Of a stretch of DNA of 32,000 bases, positions 1 through 8,501 are shown in pieces. The position numbers were made by a program, and so were the translations under genes. The notes under the pieces were generated by a model. It did no database searches, was not told where the DNA came from, and saw only the letters and a program-made list of their open reading frames with translations. The DNA lies in the NCBI GenBank assembly GCA_016933055.1, contig JAFGBS010000008.1:60001-92000 (forward strand), in the 5' to 3' direction. Numbering within the stretch: the stretch's first letter is position 1; the number at the start of each line of letters is the position of its first letter. Source of the DNA: Promethearchaeota archaeon (GTDB lineage Archaea > Asgardarchaeota > Lokiarchaeia > Sigyniarchaeales > Promethearchaeaceae).

Positions 1-668
1 GAAAAACTTAAAATCCCCTTACTCGTGGGAGTTTCTTTTATAATAAAAATGAAAAGTATCAGAAAAACTAGCATCAATCCAGCAACTATGGGAAAGCCTA
101 TTTTATCCAACTGTTCTTCACTAAAACCGAGAAAACTGACCACCATTGGAATTGCAAACCCAATTGCTCCGCCTAGATTTGCAATGAACTGCTGTATTCC
201 ACTCGCCTTAGCTCGTAATTCTTCGGATGTATAATCGGGTACAATAATTATAGAAGCAGTTCGATACAGAGACATGGCCAGATCAAACAGAAAGATAATA
301 ACAATTAATCCCCACACTACTTTCATATATGGGAAAAATACAAATAAAACCGCGGAAATCAGCGCTCCTGCAAAAATATAAGGCACTCTCCTCCCAAATC
401 TGCTTTTCGTACGATCTGAGAGTGCTCCAAAAAAGGGGTGTACCAGTACTGCTAATATATTATCAATAGCCATGATAAAACCAATGGCAATATCTCCTTC
501 TTCAAAAAATTGATACAGCAATAACGGGACCCGTATATTGAAAAAAGACCATGCCAAAAGAACAATAGTAAATGCAAAAGAGAGCAGAATTGTGCGACCG
601 TAATTCAATTTTTTCGGAACATTCGGTCGCATACGCGCTACTCCGACAGAATGAGATGAATTTGACAT
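1..668 (-). CDS. MFS transporter, GPH/SLC45 (sugar-cation symporter)-like; 5' part only, runs off the window edge
   Basis: Not in the ORF track; I translated it by hand from ATG at 668: MSNSSHSVGVARMRPNVPKKLNYGRTILLSFAFTIVLLAWSFFN... It contains HPFFGALSDRTKSRFGRRVPYIFAG (the GxxSD-RT-SRFGRR-PY loop 2-3 motif of GPH/SLC45 MFS) and about 6 hydrophobic helices. No stop before base 1. Confidence 0.88.
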   Translation of the reverse strand, partial: MSNSSHSVGVARMRPNVPKKLNYGRTILLSFAFTIVLLAWSFFNIRVPLLLYQFFEEGDIAIGFIMAIDNILAVLVHPFFGALSDRTKSRFGRRVPYIFAGALISAVLFVFFPYMKVVWGLIVIIFLFDLAMSLYRTASIIIVPDYTSEELRAKASGIQQFIANLGGAIGFAIPMVVSFLGFSEEQLDKIGFPIVAGLMLVFLILFIFIIKETPTSKGILSF

Positions 669-689
669 GAACTATAATTTGTAGTTAAT

Positions 690-698
690 CTTTAAAAG
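690..698 (-). promoter_or_regulatory. Archaeal TATA-like box for the MFS gene (probably leaderless mRNA)
   Basis: Minus strand reads GTGCTTTTAAAG. The TTTTAAAG box starts 29 nt upstream of the ATG at 668, which puts the predicted TSS at or next to the start codon. Confidence 0.5.
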
Positions 699-721
699 CA
701 CTCTGTTTCAGATTTATCCCG

Positions 722-1561
722 TTAAAGTATAATTTCAGGGGTTTTTAATGTGTCCTTATCGGTCACAATAACATAATCCCGATCACGGATATGAGTAACG
801 GGATAATCATCCCCAGGTATACCAAATAACGCCAACCTTAAAACTGTGTTAGCCCAATCGAATCCAATTCCGTTTCTGCAATACAATCGAATGTGTCTAG
901 ATGTCAAAATTTGACGCATTCCTATCGTGTAGGCATGGTGAGGAAAACCTTCTAAATTTCCTCCCACTTGCGCTCGAATCGCGTTAATTGTAACCGTATA
1001 CGCATTCAAATTTGCGAGATGAGGATTGGAATGGATTACTCCCAGACCGGGTTCATTAAATGCAATATGGCCGTGAATACCGATTCCCCCATAACATGTA
1101 TCAATTCCCCCCGATTTAATCCATCCCGCTAAATTCTCTATATTTGTCTCATCCGGAAAATGAATTCGTTTGGGATCTGGTCGTAATTTATTCTCAATCC
1201 GGTCTAAAAATAATTTATGGGCACTACCTTTGAAACTTAATGGATGATCTTGCGGAAGTACTTTTCCTTCATCGTCAGCGTATTCGTCCATGAAAAATAA
1301 TGTGCAGTTATTTAATGATAACTGTTCAGAGTTGATCATTTCTGCTAAAAGGGGGTATTGTTCGGTAGGACCAACAGGTAAAATCAATCGAGTTGAATTT
1401 TTCTTGTCATTATGTTCTTGAATTTCGTTAAACACATCTTTGGCAAACTGTTTGTACAAATTTTCCACGCCATCACACACAATTAGTTTCTCACCCGCTT
1501 TCTCCATTACCTCTTCAACAGTGAGTGTTAATAAATTGTGAATTTCATCTTTGCGATTCAT
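722..1561 (-). CDS. Glucosamine-6-phosphate deaminase/isomerase (NagB)-like protein
   Basis: 279 aa. Motifs FFMDEY and GGIGIHGHIAFNEP match NagB LDEY and GIGxDGHIAFNEP. The phosphate loop is atypical (LPVGPTEQY). Confidence 0.78.
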   Translation of the reverse strand: MNRKDEIHNLLTLTVEEVMEKAGEKLIVCDGVENLYKQFAKDVFNEIQEHNDKKNSTRLILPVGPTEQYPLLAEMINSEQLSLNNCTLFFMDEYADDEGKVLPQDHPLSFKGSAHKLFLDRIENKLRPDPKRIHFPDETNIENLAGWIKSGGIDTCYGGIGIHGHIAFNEPGLGVIHSNPHLANLNAYTVTINAIRAQVGGNLEGFPHHAYTIGMRQILTSRHIRLYCRNGIGFDWANTVLRLALFGIPGDDYPVTHIRDRDYVIVTDKDTLKTPEIIL

Positions 1562-1565
1562 AGTT

Positions 1566-2342
1566 TCAGATCCCTAACATCTTTGATATGTTGCCGGAAA
1601 ATATCAGTTTTTGTGTTTTTTCACTTACCTTATATTTCTCCAATCTATTTTTATCTTCCTGCAAAATCTTTGGAATCTTCTCATAATAGACATCGGTTCC
1701 GAATACCACTTTTTTCCATGCATCTTTCCACCACAGATATTTGTCCATACCCTCCACATCCGCTCGAGAGCGCCATCCTTTCGCCTCACCCGTGAGATCT
1801 ACATACACATTGGATCTCATTCGGCATAATTCAGCTGCATCCTTATTCCAATGCACTCCTAAATGAGCAAGTATTATATTAAGATCTGGGAACTCATTTG
1901 CAATTGGTTCCAATCGCATGGGGTGCATATACCATGAGTTGATTAGCTCCCCCCGTGGATTTCCAGTATAGGTAATTACTCCTGTATGGAATAATATCGG
2001 CATATGGTATTCTTCTGCTTGTTTCCAATACCCATAATAGGATAAATCATCATAGGGTGCCTTGGGAATAGAAACTTTAATCATATGGAATCCTTGCGTG
2101 AAGGCGTCATGGATCTCGGAAACTGCACTCACACCAGGTCGAATGAAATACGCACCGATATATCGATCCGGATATTCTTTCATGGTGTGATACACATCTT
2201 CATTTGTTCCGCAATAAAATAAATCTCCCAAACCACTGATGCAACATTTTTCAATACCGCATTGATCCATCGTTTTCAGTAGTCTTTTTTCATATTCCTT
2301 CTCTTTATACAGATGGGCATGAGCATCAATGATTCTTCTCAT
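1566..2342 (-). CDS. Amidohydrolase family protein (Amidohydro_2, TIM-barrel metal hydrolase)
   Basis: 258 aa. IDAHAH at the N-terminus, PILFHTG, ILAHLG and VVFGTD are the metal-ligand pattern. It stops 4 bp before the NagB-like start. Confidence 0.88.
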   Translation of the reverse strand: MRRIIDAHAHLYKEKEYEKRLLKTMDQCGIEKCCISGLGDLFYCGTNEDVYHTMKEYPDRYIGAYFIRPGVSAVSEIHDAFTQGFHMIKVSIPKAPYDDLSYYGYWKQAEEYHMPILFHTGVITYTGNPRGELINSWYMHPMRLEPIANEFPDLNIILAHLGVHWNKDAAELCRMRSNVYVDLTGEAKGWRSRADVEGMDKYLWWKDAWKKVVFGTDVYYEKIPKILQEDKNRLEKYKVSEKTQKLIFSGNISKMLGI

Positions 2343-2483
2343 TTTTCTTTTTTAACCATTATTATAAATTCCACTATGTAGTAAAAATGGAATTGCTGTG
2401 TTTTAAATCACCCTACAATGAAAAAATGGCAAAATACTCGAGATGTCATATCGTAAAATGAAAATATGAGAGAAAATCAGAAT

Positions 2484-2493
2484 AAAAAAAAAA
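2484..2493 (-). terminator. Oligo-T (T10 on minus strand) archaeal-type terminator downstream of the SBP gene
   Basis: A10 run on the + strand about 45 bp after the SBP stop codon, within a T-rich tract on the minus strand. Confidence 0.5.
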
Positions 2494-2502
2494 GAAATTA
2501 AA

Positions 2503-2532
2503 TTTACAGTTCTAACCTTTACAATTCTAACC
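2503..2532. repeat. 15-bp tandem direct repeat, 2 copies, 1 mismatch
   Basis: TTTACAGTTCTAACC (2503-2517) followed directly by TTTACAATTCTAACC (2518-2532). Confidence 0.8.
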
Positions 2533-2535
2533 CGC

Positions 2536-4347
2536 TTATTTTCGTTTTCGTAAGTACAAAACGAGGAATAAGGTTACGCCTAAGGCTACACCCAGTAATG
2601 TGAATAATTCAAATCCTGGGATTCTCTTTGGCTCTGGTGGGAAGAATTGCACATTGAACCAGTAGTAATCGGAGAACGGATTCTTCATATCATCAATTGT
2701 GTCTGGATCGACATACAATTGGTTGAATGCTAAAGATCCTCCTCGTTGGTAGATATACCACGATGGAACTAATTCCTTCACCAAGAGTTCTTGCATATCA
2801 AAGAAGTCTTGTTCTCGTGCTGGATGAACATTGTTATAACTGTCTGAAATTAGACCATCTAAGGTTGCATCACTCAACAAGAAGCAGTTTGCACTTGCAC
2901 CTGATCCGTATAAGGGTTCAATCATGTTGATTGGATCATTGTAGTCTGGGCCCCACCCACCGAAGGAATAGGTTAACTTCTTGTTACCTTCCTCATCGTG
3001 TAGGTAATCATTTAGATAGGTAGCCCATGGCATCAATGGAACTAAATCCATACGTATACCAATTTGTTTCATCTGTTCTGAAACAATGGTGTAATACGCA
3101 GCTAGACCCTCATATCCAGTGAAGTTATACCAGGCAATAGGACTGGTACTCTCTGCAACAGCAACCCAATCAGCAGTCTCGTTCGCAATGGTTAATCCTC
3201 GACTGGTGGCATTGGTACCTAAATCACCTGCTGCACCTAATAGCGTTTCTCGAGCCAATGTTAGGTTAAAGTAGGGATAGTCATCAATATCCTCGTCTGT
3301 TGCATGGTACAACATTCCATCCGGTACGGCAGTATACAAGTAATATTGTCTACCTCGCAAACGCTCTTCTTGCATATAAGTGTGGTTCCATGCACGGGCG
3401 GATGCATATCGTGCTTCAAATGGCATGTTTTCCATGTTCATCTGGATATAGAATACTACAAAGGTTTTTACAGAGACTTCAATAAGGTTTGGATCGGCTG
3501 CAAATTCATCAGCATAATCGGCAATGACGCCACCCCAGTGAATCTCATAGTTCAAGATAGCTAACGATCGGGTTACATCATCCGGAACAATCAAGTAGAT
3601 CATTCTTTTGATGAAGTTCTCAGGTCGTTCTAGATAGTAATCTTCATACCATACGAACTCAACTTGAGTATCGGGGATATACTGTACAAACTCAAATGGA
3701 CCGGTTCCAACTAAATGGTCATTTAGTGACAGGAATGATGTGAATTTTTCTCCATAGGCATAATCTTCATCTGGCAGCATTATTTGGGTTGCCATAAACG
3801 CCAAGAGTTTTTCCCAGAATCCTGCACCTGTATTCAATACGAACGTTACTTGAAATTCGCTGTCGATGACGGTCGTATTAAGAATTGGTTCTTCGTTAAT
3901 TGCGAAAATTGAATATGATTCCATGAGTTCAAGGGATCTAAATTCTTCACCACCAACCCATAATCCAAAACTGAAATATTGAATTCGGTCGAATGTCCAT
4001 TTTACAGCTGATGCGTTGAAGGGGGTTCCATCATGGAAAGTTACATCTTCACGTAAAGTAACGGTGTAATTGTCTCCATTAAGGGATCCCATTGCCGCTG
4101 CAAGCTGAGGAATGCTTTCCATTTCAGGTGAGGAATAGTTATAGCGGTATAAACCCTCACATACTTGCCCGATGGTTTCCGCTGATTCAGAATCATACTG
4201 ATCTTGGGGATCGAGCTTTGGAAGGCTGCTATAGGTTCCCACCACAAATGGGGCGTCCTGTTGAGCCGCTGTAAAACCCATTGTAACAACAAAAGCAGAA
4301 GAACAAATCATTGTCGCAATGAGTATATATACATATAGTTTTTTCAT
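2536..4347 (-). CDS. oppA: ABC transporter substrate-binding protein, family 5 (peptide/nickel), with Sec signal peptide and C-terminal IPGF-TM-basic anchor
   Basis: Family-5 motifs LDPQ, VCEGLYRY, YTVTLREDVTFHDGTPFNASAVKWTFDR, GTGPFEF and GWGPDYNDP. Start reassigned from the track's 4431 to ATG 4347 (MKKLYVYILIATMICSSAFVVTMGFTAA, a signal peptide, with GGAG about 10 nt upstream). C-terminus is KRIPGFELFTLLGVALGVTLFLVLYLRKRK. Confidence 0.9.
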   Translation of the reverse strand: MKKLYVYILIATMICSSAFVVTMGFTAAQQDAPFVVGTYSSLPKLDPQDQYDSESAETIGQVCEGLYRYNYSSPEMESIPQLAAAMGSLNGDNYTVTLREDVTFHDGTPFNASAVKWTFDRIQYFSFGLWVGGEEFRSLELMESYSIFAINEEPILNTTVIDSEFQVTFVLNTGAGFWEKLLAFMATQIMLPDEDYAYGEKFTSFLSLNDHLVGTGPFEFVQYIPDTQVEFVWYEDYYLERPENFIKRMIYLIVPDDVTRSLAILNYEIHWGGVIADYADEFAADPNLIEVSVKTFVVFYIQMNMENMPFEARYASARAWNHTYMQEERLRGRQYYLYTAVPDGMLYHATDEDIDDYPYFNLTLARETLLGAAGDLGTNATSRGLTIANETADWVAVAESTSPIAWYNFTGYEGLAAYYTIVSEQMKQIGIRMDLVPLMPWATYLNDYLHDEEGNKKLTYSFGGWGPDYNDPINMIEPLYGSGASANCFLLSDATLDGLISDSYNNVHPAREQDFFDMQELLVKELVPSWYIYQRGGSLAFNQLYVDPDTIDDMKNPFSDYYWFNVQFFPPEPKRIPGFELFTLLGVALGVTLFLVLYLRKRK

Positions 4348-4429
4348 TTTGTAAATACTCCGCAATAGTATTTTTATTTCTCGTTCTGTGACGATAATCA
4401 CACGAACTAGAATAACTTTGCATCTTATC

Positions 4430-4439
4430 ATTTAAAAGC
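4430..4439 (-). promoter_or_regulatory. TATA-like box for the SBP gene
   Basis: Minus strand reads AAGGCTTTTAAAT, sharing the GCTTTTAAA core seen upstream of the MFS gene. It implies a 5'UTR of about 60 nt. Confidence 0.4.
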
Positions 4440-4883
4440 CTTGTGTTCTATTTATCAGTGTGGAAATTTGCCATCTTCCATATACTTTCAACAGACTATT
4501 TATCTACATTAATTCACATTGATTGATTGGATCGGGGGTAGAATTATATATGTATTAGGTGATTTCCTTCTTCTCATACCTACCAAACTCCCATGTGACT
4601 TCCATCTTTTATTAAAACAATCGGGATTTTTTAATAAATAAAATGTAAAAGTGTTTTTAACAAATACGAGATCAGAAAAGCATATCTTAGTCTGAGGAAA
4701 TCAGTTCTTAATTTGGTTTGCGATATTTCGAAAATTTCACGATGGATCTAATCGTCATCGTCTTTACATTATTTATTTTAAACATCTCCGTACAAAGACT
4801 TTTTATTGTCTCTGTGATTAAAAATAATACACCACCATCAATTTTGGAAATTTAGTGACAAAATAAAAATACGGGTAAAAAAA

Positions 4884-5741
4884 ATGTTTTACAAACCGAA
4901 AAACCTAGTACCTATTAAAATTCCGTCAAATCAGAATGATGTAGCGCCTACTATGTTTTTCATCGATCTCATTCGTTCTGATCAGTTTCAAAATCCTATT
5001 ATCCCGGTTCCTTCACGTATTGATAAGGTGACCAATGGCGAATACACCGCTATTGTGTTACCTACAAACACACCTCAAGTACTGAAAGATGATTCAATTT
5101 ATTTCATTGATTTATACCGATTTTACAAATTGGGAATTCGTACACTAGTAGTTTATTCTACCAAGAAGTATCGAGAAATCTGCTATAAACCTTTGAACCC
5201 TGTAACAGTTTCAAAATGGTGGTCCATCTCCAGAAAATACGACTGTAACATTCCAACCTACAGAGAAGATCTCGATTTCATGTTAGTAACCTATATAAAG
5301 GCGTATATTGACTTTCTAAACACAGGAGATTGCATTGGTTCTCTTATATCCTACGCGGATAAGATCATTTCACTGTGCGCAGATCGCATAAAACAAAATC
5401 GCATTATATACCAGATGGGTAACAAGATAGTTCAAAATAGGATGTATACCGAACGTAAGGACGGAATGAAAATACCACAAGTATGGCAAATCGATCGTAT
5501 GGATTTAAAGAAAAATCGAATCCGAAAGAAAGCGTTCGTACCTTTAATGGTATATGATGATCTTTTGGAGTGTTTTCTATCCAATAAAGCGGAATTGGAA
5601 CGTGGAGAATTAGATGCAATCCCATTCTCAGTCCTTACACAAATAAAAGTTCTTGGAAATCAACCGAAAACAATAAATGAAAATTTAAATGAGATCCACC
5701 TTTCCAACTCAAAATTCGATAATATTCTGGTAGAAGGATAA
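4884..5741 (+). CDS. Hypothetical soluble protein (285 aa)
   Basis: Long ORF with ATG start after an A-rich spacer and normal composition, with no TM helix. No family motif recognised. Confidence 0.8.
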   Translation: MFYKPKNLVPIKIPSNQNDVAPTMFFIDLIRSDQFQNPIIPVPSRIDKVTNGEYTAIVLPTNTPQVLKDDSIYFIDLYRFYKLGIRTLVVYSTKKYREICYKPLNPVTVSKWWSISRKYDCNIPTYREDLDFMLVTYIKAYIDFLNTGDCIGSLISYADKIISLCADRIKQNRIIYQMGNKIVQNRMYTERKDGMKIPQVWQIDRMDLKKNRIRKKAFVPLMVYDDLLECFLSNKAELERGELDAIPFSVLTQIKVLGNQPKTINENLNEIHLSNSKFDNILVEG

Positions 5742-5808
5742 TAAACATTTTAATTCAGAAAAGAATAAAAAATATCAAAAAAAGAAAAAACAATTTTTCG
5801 GGATACAA

Positions 5809-6411
5809 ATGGCAGAACAAGAAAAATTTGAGTATAAACACGGGTTTAGACATGGTCCCACCTTTGTAGCAATTTTCATCATATATTTTATTGTATTTGG
5901 TGTTCTCAGCAATTACTGGCAAAAAGGAGACATCATTTACAAACCTATACGCGATAATGTATTATTCATCTACCAAAATTTCTTTAATTTTCCTGGGTAT
6001 GAATATGTCTGGTCTGTAGGTGGAGATATATTAGATTTTGGCACATGGTATATATTTTTCATACTATTCTTCACAGCGGTATTTGTTGGATATAGCCAAG
6101 ATTTCTTAATCCATGCATTTAAGAGAAACATTTGGCTGATTCCGATTGTCATATTTCTGTCTGTTTTTTGGAATGGTATCAATGATGTATACTACTACAG
6201 AAATTTCATCCGAAATGCATCATTCATATTCACGATTTTTATGAATTTGGGCAGGTATTTCACTTCAATCCACGGATACATCAATTTATTAGCGTTACTA
6301 GTTGTTTTTGGTGGCGGTGGATTATTAGGTGGTTATTTGAAAATATTGAGACGAGAAATATTGTATAAAAAAGCAAGATTAATTATCAGCGATAAGGAGG
6401 TAGCTCAATGA
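5809..6411 (+). CDS. Hypothetical integral membrane protein (about 4 TM), translationally coupled to oppB
   Basis: 200 aa with hydrophobic helices TFVAIFIIYFIVFGVL, WYIFFILFFTAVFVGY, IWLIPIVIFLSVFW and LLALLVVFGGGGLLGGYL, then a basic tail. Its TGA overlaps the oppB ATG (ATGA, 6408-6411). Confidence 0.8.
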   Translation: MAEQEKFEYKHGFRHGPTFVAIFIIYFIVFGVLSNYWQKGDIIYKPIRDNVLFIYQNFFNFPGYEYVWSVGGDILDFGTWYIFFILFFTAVFVGYSQDFLIHAFKRNIWLIPIVIFLSVFWNGINDVYYYRNFIRNASFIFTIFMNLGRYFTSIHGYINLLALLVVFGGGGLLGGYLKILRREILYKKARLIISDKEVAQ

Positions 6412-7427
6412 GTTTATTAAAATATACTGTTCGAAGATTATTAATGACGATACCCATCCTTTTTGGGGTGATATTTATAACATTTATTTTATCACATATG
6501 ATGCCGGGGAATCCCTTTTTAAAGCCAGGGCAATTTATTAAAGGAAATCCTGAGTATGTTAGAGCATTATTGGAGAAACATGGATTAAATGATCCAATAA
6601 TTGTCCAGTTTTTAAAATACCTTAAAAACATGCTGCAAGGGGATTGGGGAGAATCTTTAATAGTTTCGAAAGGAATACCCGTATGGGATCTTATTAAAGT
6701 TAAAGTCCCGGTTACTTTAGAGGTTGGGATCTATGCTCTCATTATTTCATCAATTCTTGGTATTCGCACTGGAGTATATTCTGCGGTACACCGGAATAAA
6801 CCGGGAGATACGATTATTCGGACTGTTGCGTTACTAGGTGTAGCAATGCCGGTGTTCTGGTTAGGTATTCTAATGCAATACTTTCTTTCCATTAAACTCG
6901 GATTGTTTCCTACTATTAGGATCTCAACAATCGGTTATGATGATCCGATTAGAATAACCAGTTTCCGATTAATTGATAGTCTGCTTACGGGTCGTTTTGA
7001 TTTAGCTATTGATACAGCATGGCATCTTGTATTACCTGTATTCGCGTTATCCTTCCTACAAGTTGCTGGTCTTACTCGATATTCCCGTTCCAGCATGTTG
7101 GAAATTTTGGAATTGGACTATGTTCGCTCTGCTCGAGCAAAAGGATGCAAGGAACGGGATGTAATTAACAAACATGCATTAAAAAACGCACTTATTCCCA
7201 TTGTGACAATTATCGGATTACGCTTTGGGGGTGTGATTGGGGGGGCAATTTTAACAGAGACCACATTTAATCTGAAAGGCATGGGGATGCTTTTCGTAGA
7301 TGCGGTGAATTGGAGAGATTATTTCGTTATAAATGGGTTAGTCTTTATAACCACATTTGTATTCATAGTTATGGTTGTTTTCGTGGATATTTTATATGCC
7401 GTTATAGATCCACGAATAAGGTACTAG
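6408..7427 (+). CDS. oppB: Oligopeptide/dipeptide ABC transporter permease OppB/DppB
   Basis: YTVRRLLMTIPILFG..MPGNP N-terminus, GDWGES, EAA loop DYVRSARAKGCKERDVINKHALKNA, and C-terminal DILYAVIDPRIRY. Confidence 0.95.
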   Translation: MSLLKYTVRRLLMTIPILFGVIFITFILSHMMPGNPFLKPGQFIKGNPEYVRALLEKHGLNDPIIVQFLKYLKNMLQGDWGESLIVSKGIPVWDLIKVKVPVTLEVGIYALIISSILGIRTGVYSAVHRNKPGDTIIRTVALLGVAMPVFWLGILMQYFLSIKLGLFPTIRISTIGYDDPIRITSFRLIDSLLTGRFDLAIDTAWHLVLPVFALSFLQVAGLTRYSRSSMLEILELDYVRSARAKGCKERDVINKHALKNALIPIVTIIGLRFGGVIGGAILTETTFNLKGMGMLFVDAVNWRDYFVINGLVFITTFVFIVMVVFVDILYAVIDPRIRY

Positions 7428-7439
7428 GAGGAAAGAAAA

Positions 7440-8462
7440 ATGGTAGAACAAAAATTAATTAGAGAAGATGAGCTTTCTCTGGTGTATGGAGAGACATACC
7501 GCCCTGGAAGTTTTAAAGAACAATTAAAAGAGATGTTTACTCCAAAATACCTAGCCTTTTTACTTAAGCCAGGTGCAGAGGATGAGGAGTTAAACCGTCG
7601 AGATTTCGAAATGAATAAATTTAAGACAAAACGGAGTTTAATACGACGTTTGAATTCACCTTTAACCATTTTAGGAGGTTTAATTGTCTTTATAATATGC
7701 TCATGGGCCGTATTTCCCCATTGGTTATCATTTATACCATTTAAAGACGTAGCTATTAGTATTCTTCCGGGAACTAACCGACCCCCAAGTTTTGAACATC
7801 CATTAGGCACTGCTGCATTTGGTCGGGATGTATTAGGCCGTTTGATTTGGGGTGCTCGTCGTTCAATAACTCTTTCCTTGGCATCTATTGTGGTGAGCTT
7901 AGTAGGCGGAGTCATTTTCGGAACCATTGCAGCGTACAAGGGTGGATGGATTGACAATCTCATCATGCGAATAGCAGATATTGTTAGTTCCATACCGGGT
8001 CTAATCCTGCTGGTAATTATTGTGAGTGTTATGGGGTACGATCTTCAAAACATTCTATTAGCACTTGGATTGTTAGGAATACCTGGGTATGCTCGACTCA
8101 TGCGTAGTGCGGCAATATCTCAACGTGCTATGACTTATGTAGAATCTGCGAAAGTATCTGGTGCGTCGGAATGGCGGATTATGTTTCGACATATCTTACC
8201 AAATTCCATGTCATTGATACTTGTAGCCTTATCATTTGATATCGGCACTGCAATATTGGGTTTAGCCTCTTTAGCATTTTTAGGTTTTTCACAGACTGAT
8301 GCAGTGGAATGGGGTTTCGATGTGAACGCTAATAAATCCGCTTTGATAAATGCGCCATGGGCAGCAATTTGGCCCGGAATTGGAATTGTGATTACTGTAA
8401 TGGGTTTCATGTTATTGGGAGACGGATTGCGAGACGCCTTGGATCCACGATCAAAAGTATAA
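7440..8462 (+). CDS. oppC: Oligopeptide/dipeptide ABC transporter permease OppC/DppC with N-terminal extension
   Basis: HPLGTAAFGRDVLGRLIWGARRS, EAA loop YVESAKVSGASEWRIMFRHILPN, and C-terminal LLGDGLRDALDPR. Confidence 0.95.
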   Translation: MVEQKLIREDELSLVYGETYRPGSFKEQLKEMFTPKYLAFLLKPGAEDEELNRRDFEMNKFKTKRSLIRRLNSPLTILGGLIVFIICSWAVFPHWLSFIPFKDVAISILPGTNRPPSFEHPLGTAAFGRDVLGRLIWGARRSITLSLASIVVSLVGGVIFGTIAAYKGGWIDNLIMRIADIVSSIPGLILLVIIVSVMGYDLQNILLALGLLGIPGYARLMRSAAISQRAMTYVESAKVSGASEWRIMFRHILPNSMSLILVALSFDIGTAILGLASLAFLGFSQTDAVEWGFDVNANKSALINAPWAAIWPGIGIVITVMGFMLLGDGLRDALDPRSKV

Positions 8463-8501
8463 TGAGTTAAAAGTAGAGGGTTATTAGGAGACACATACAT
8501 T

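Noticed and set aside
25-234. 69-aa plus-strand ORF and the other short track ORFs overlapping assigned genes (e.g. 1538-1795, 2727-2930, 3300-3564, 4041-4423, 12854-13135, 20627-20848, 28599-28829, 31567-31815)
   Set aside because: They overlap strongly supported CDSs on the opposite strand or in another frame, and have no recognisable domain.
4348-4431. Extended N-terminus of the SBP (track start 4431)
   Set aside because: That ATG coincides with the TATA-like box. The downstream ATG 4347 has a GGAG site and begins a clean signal peptide.
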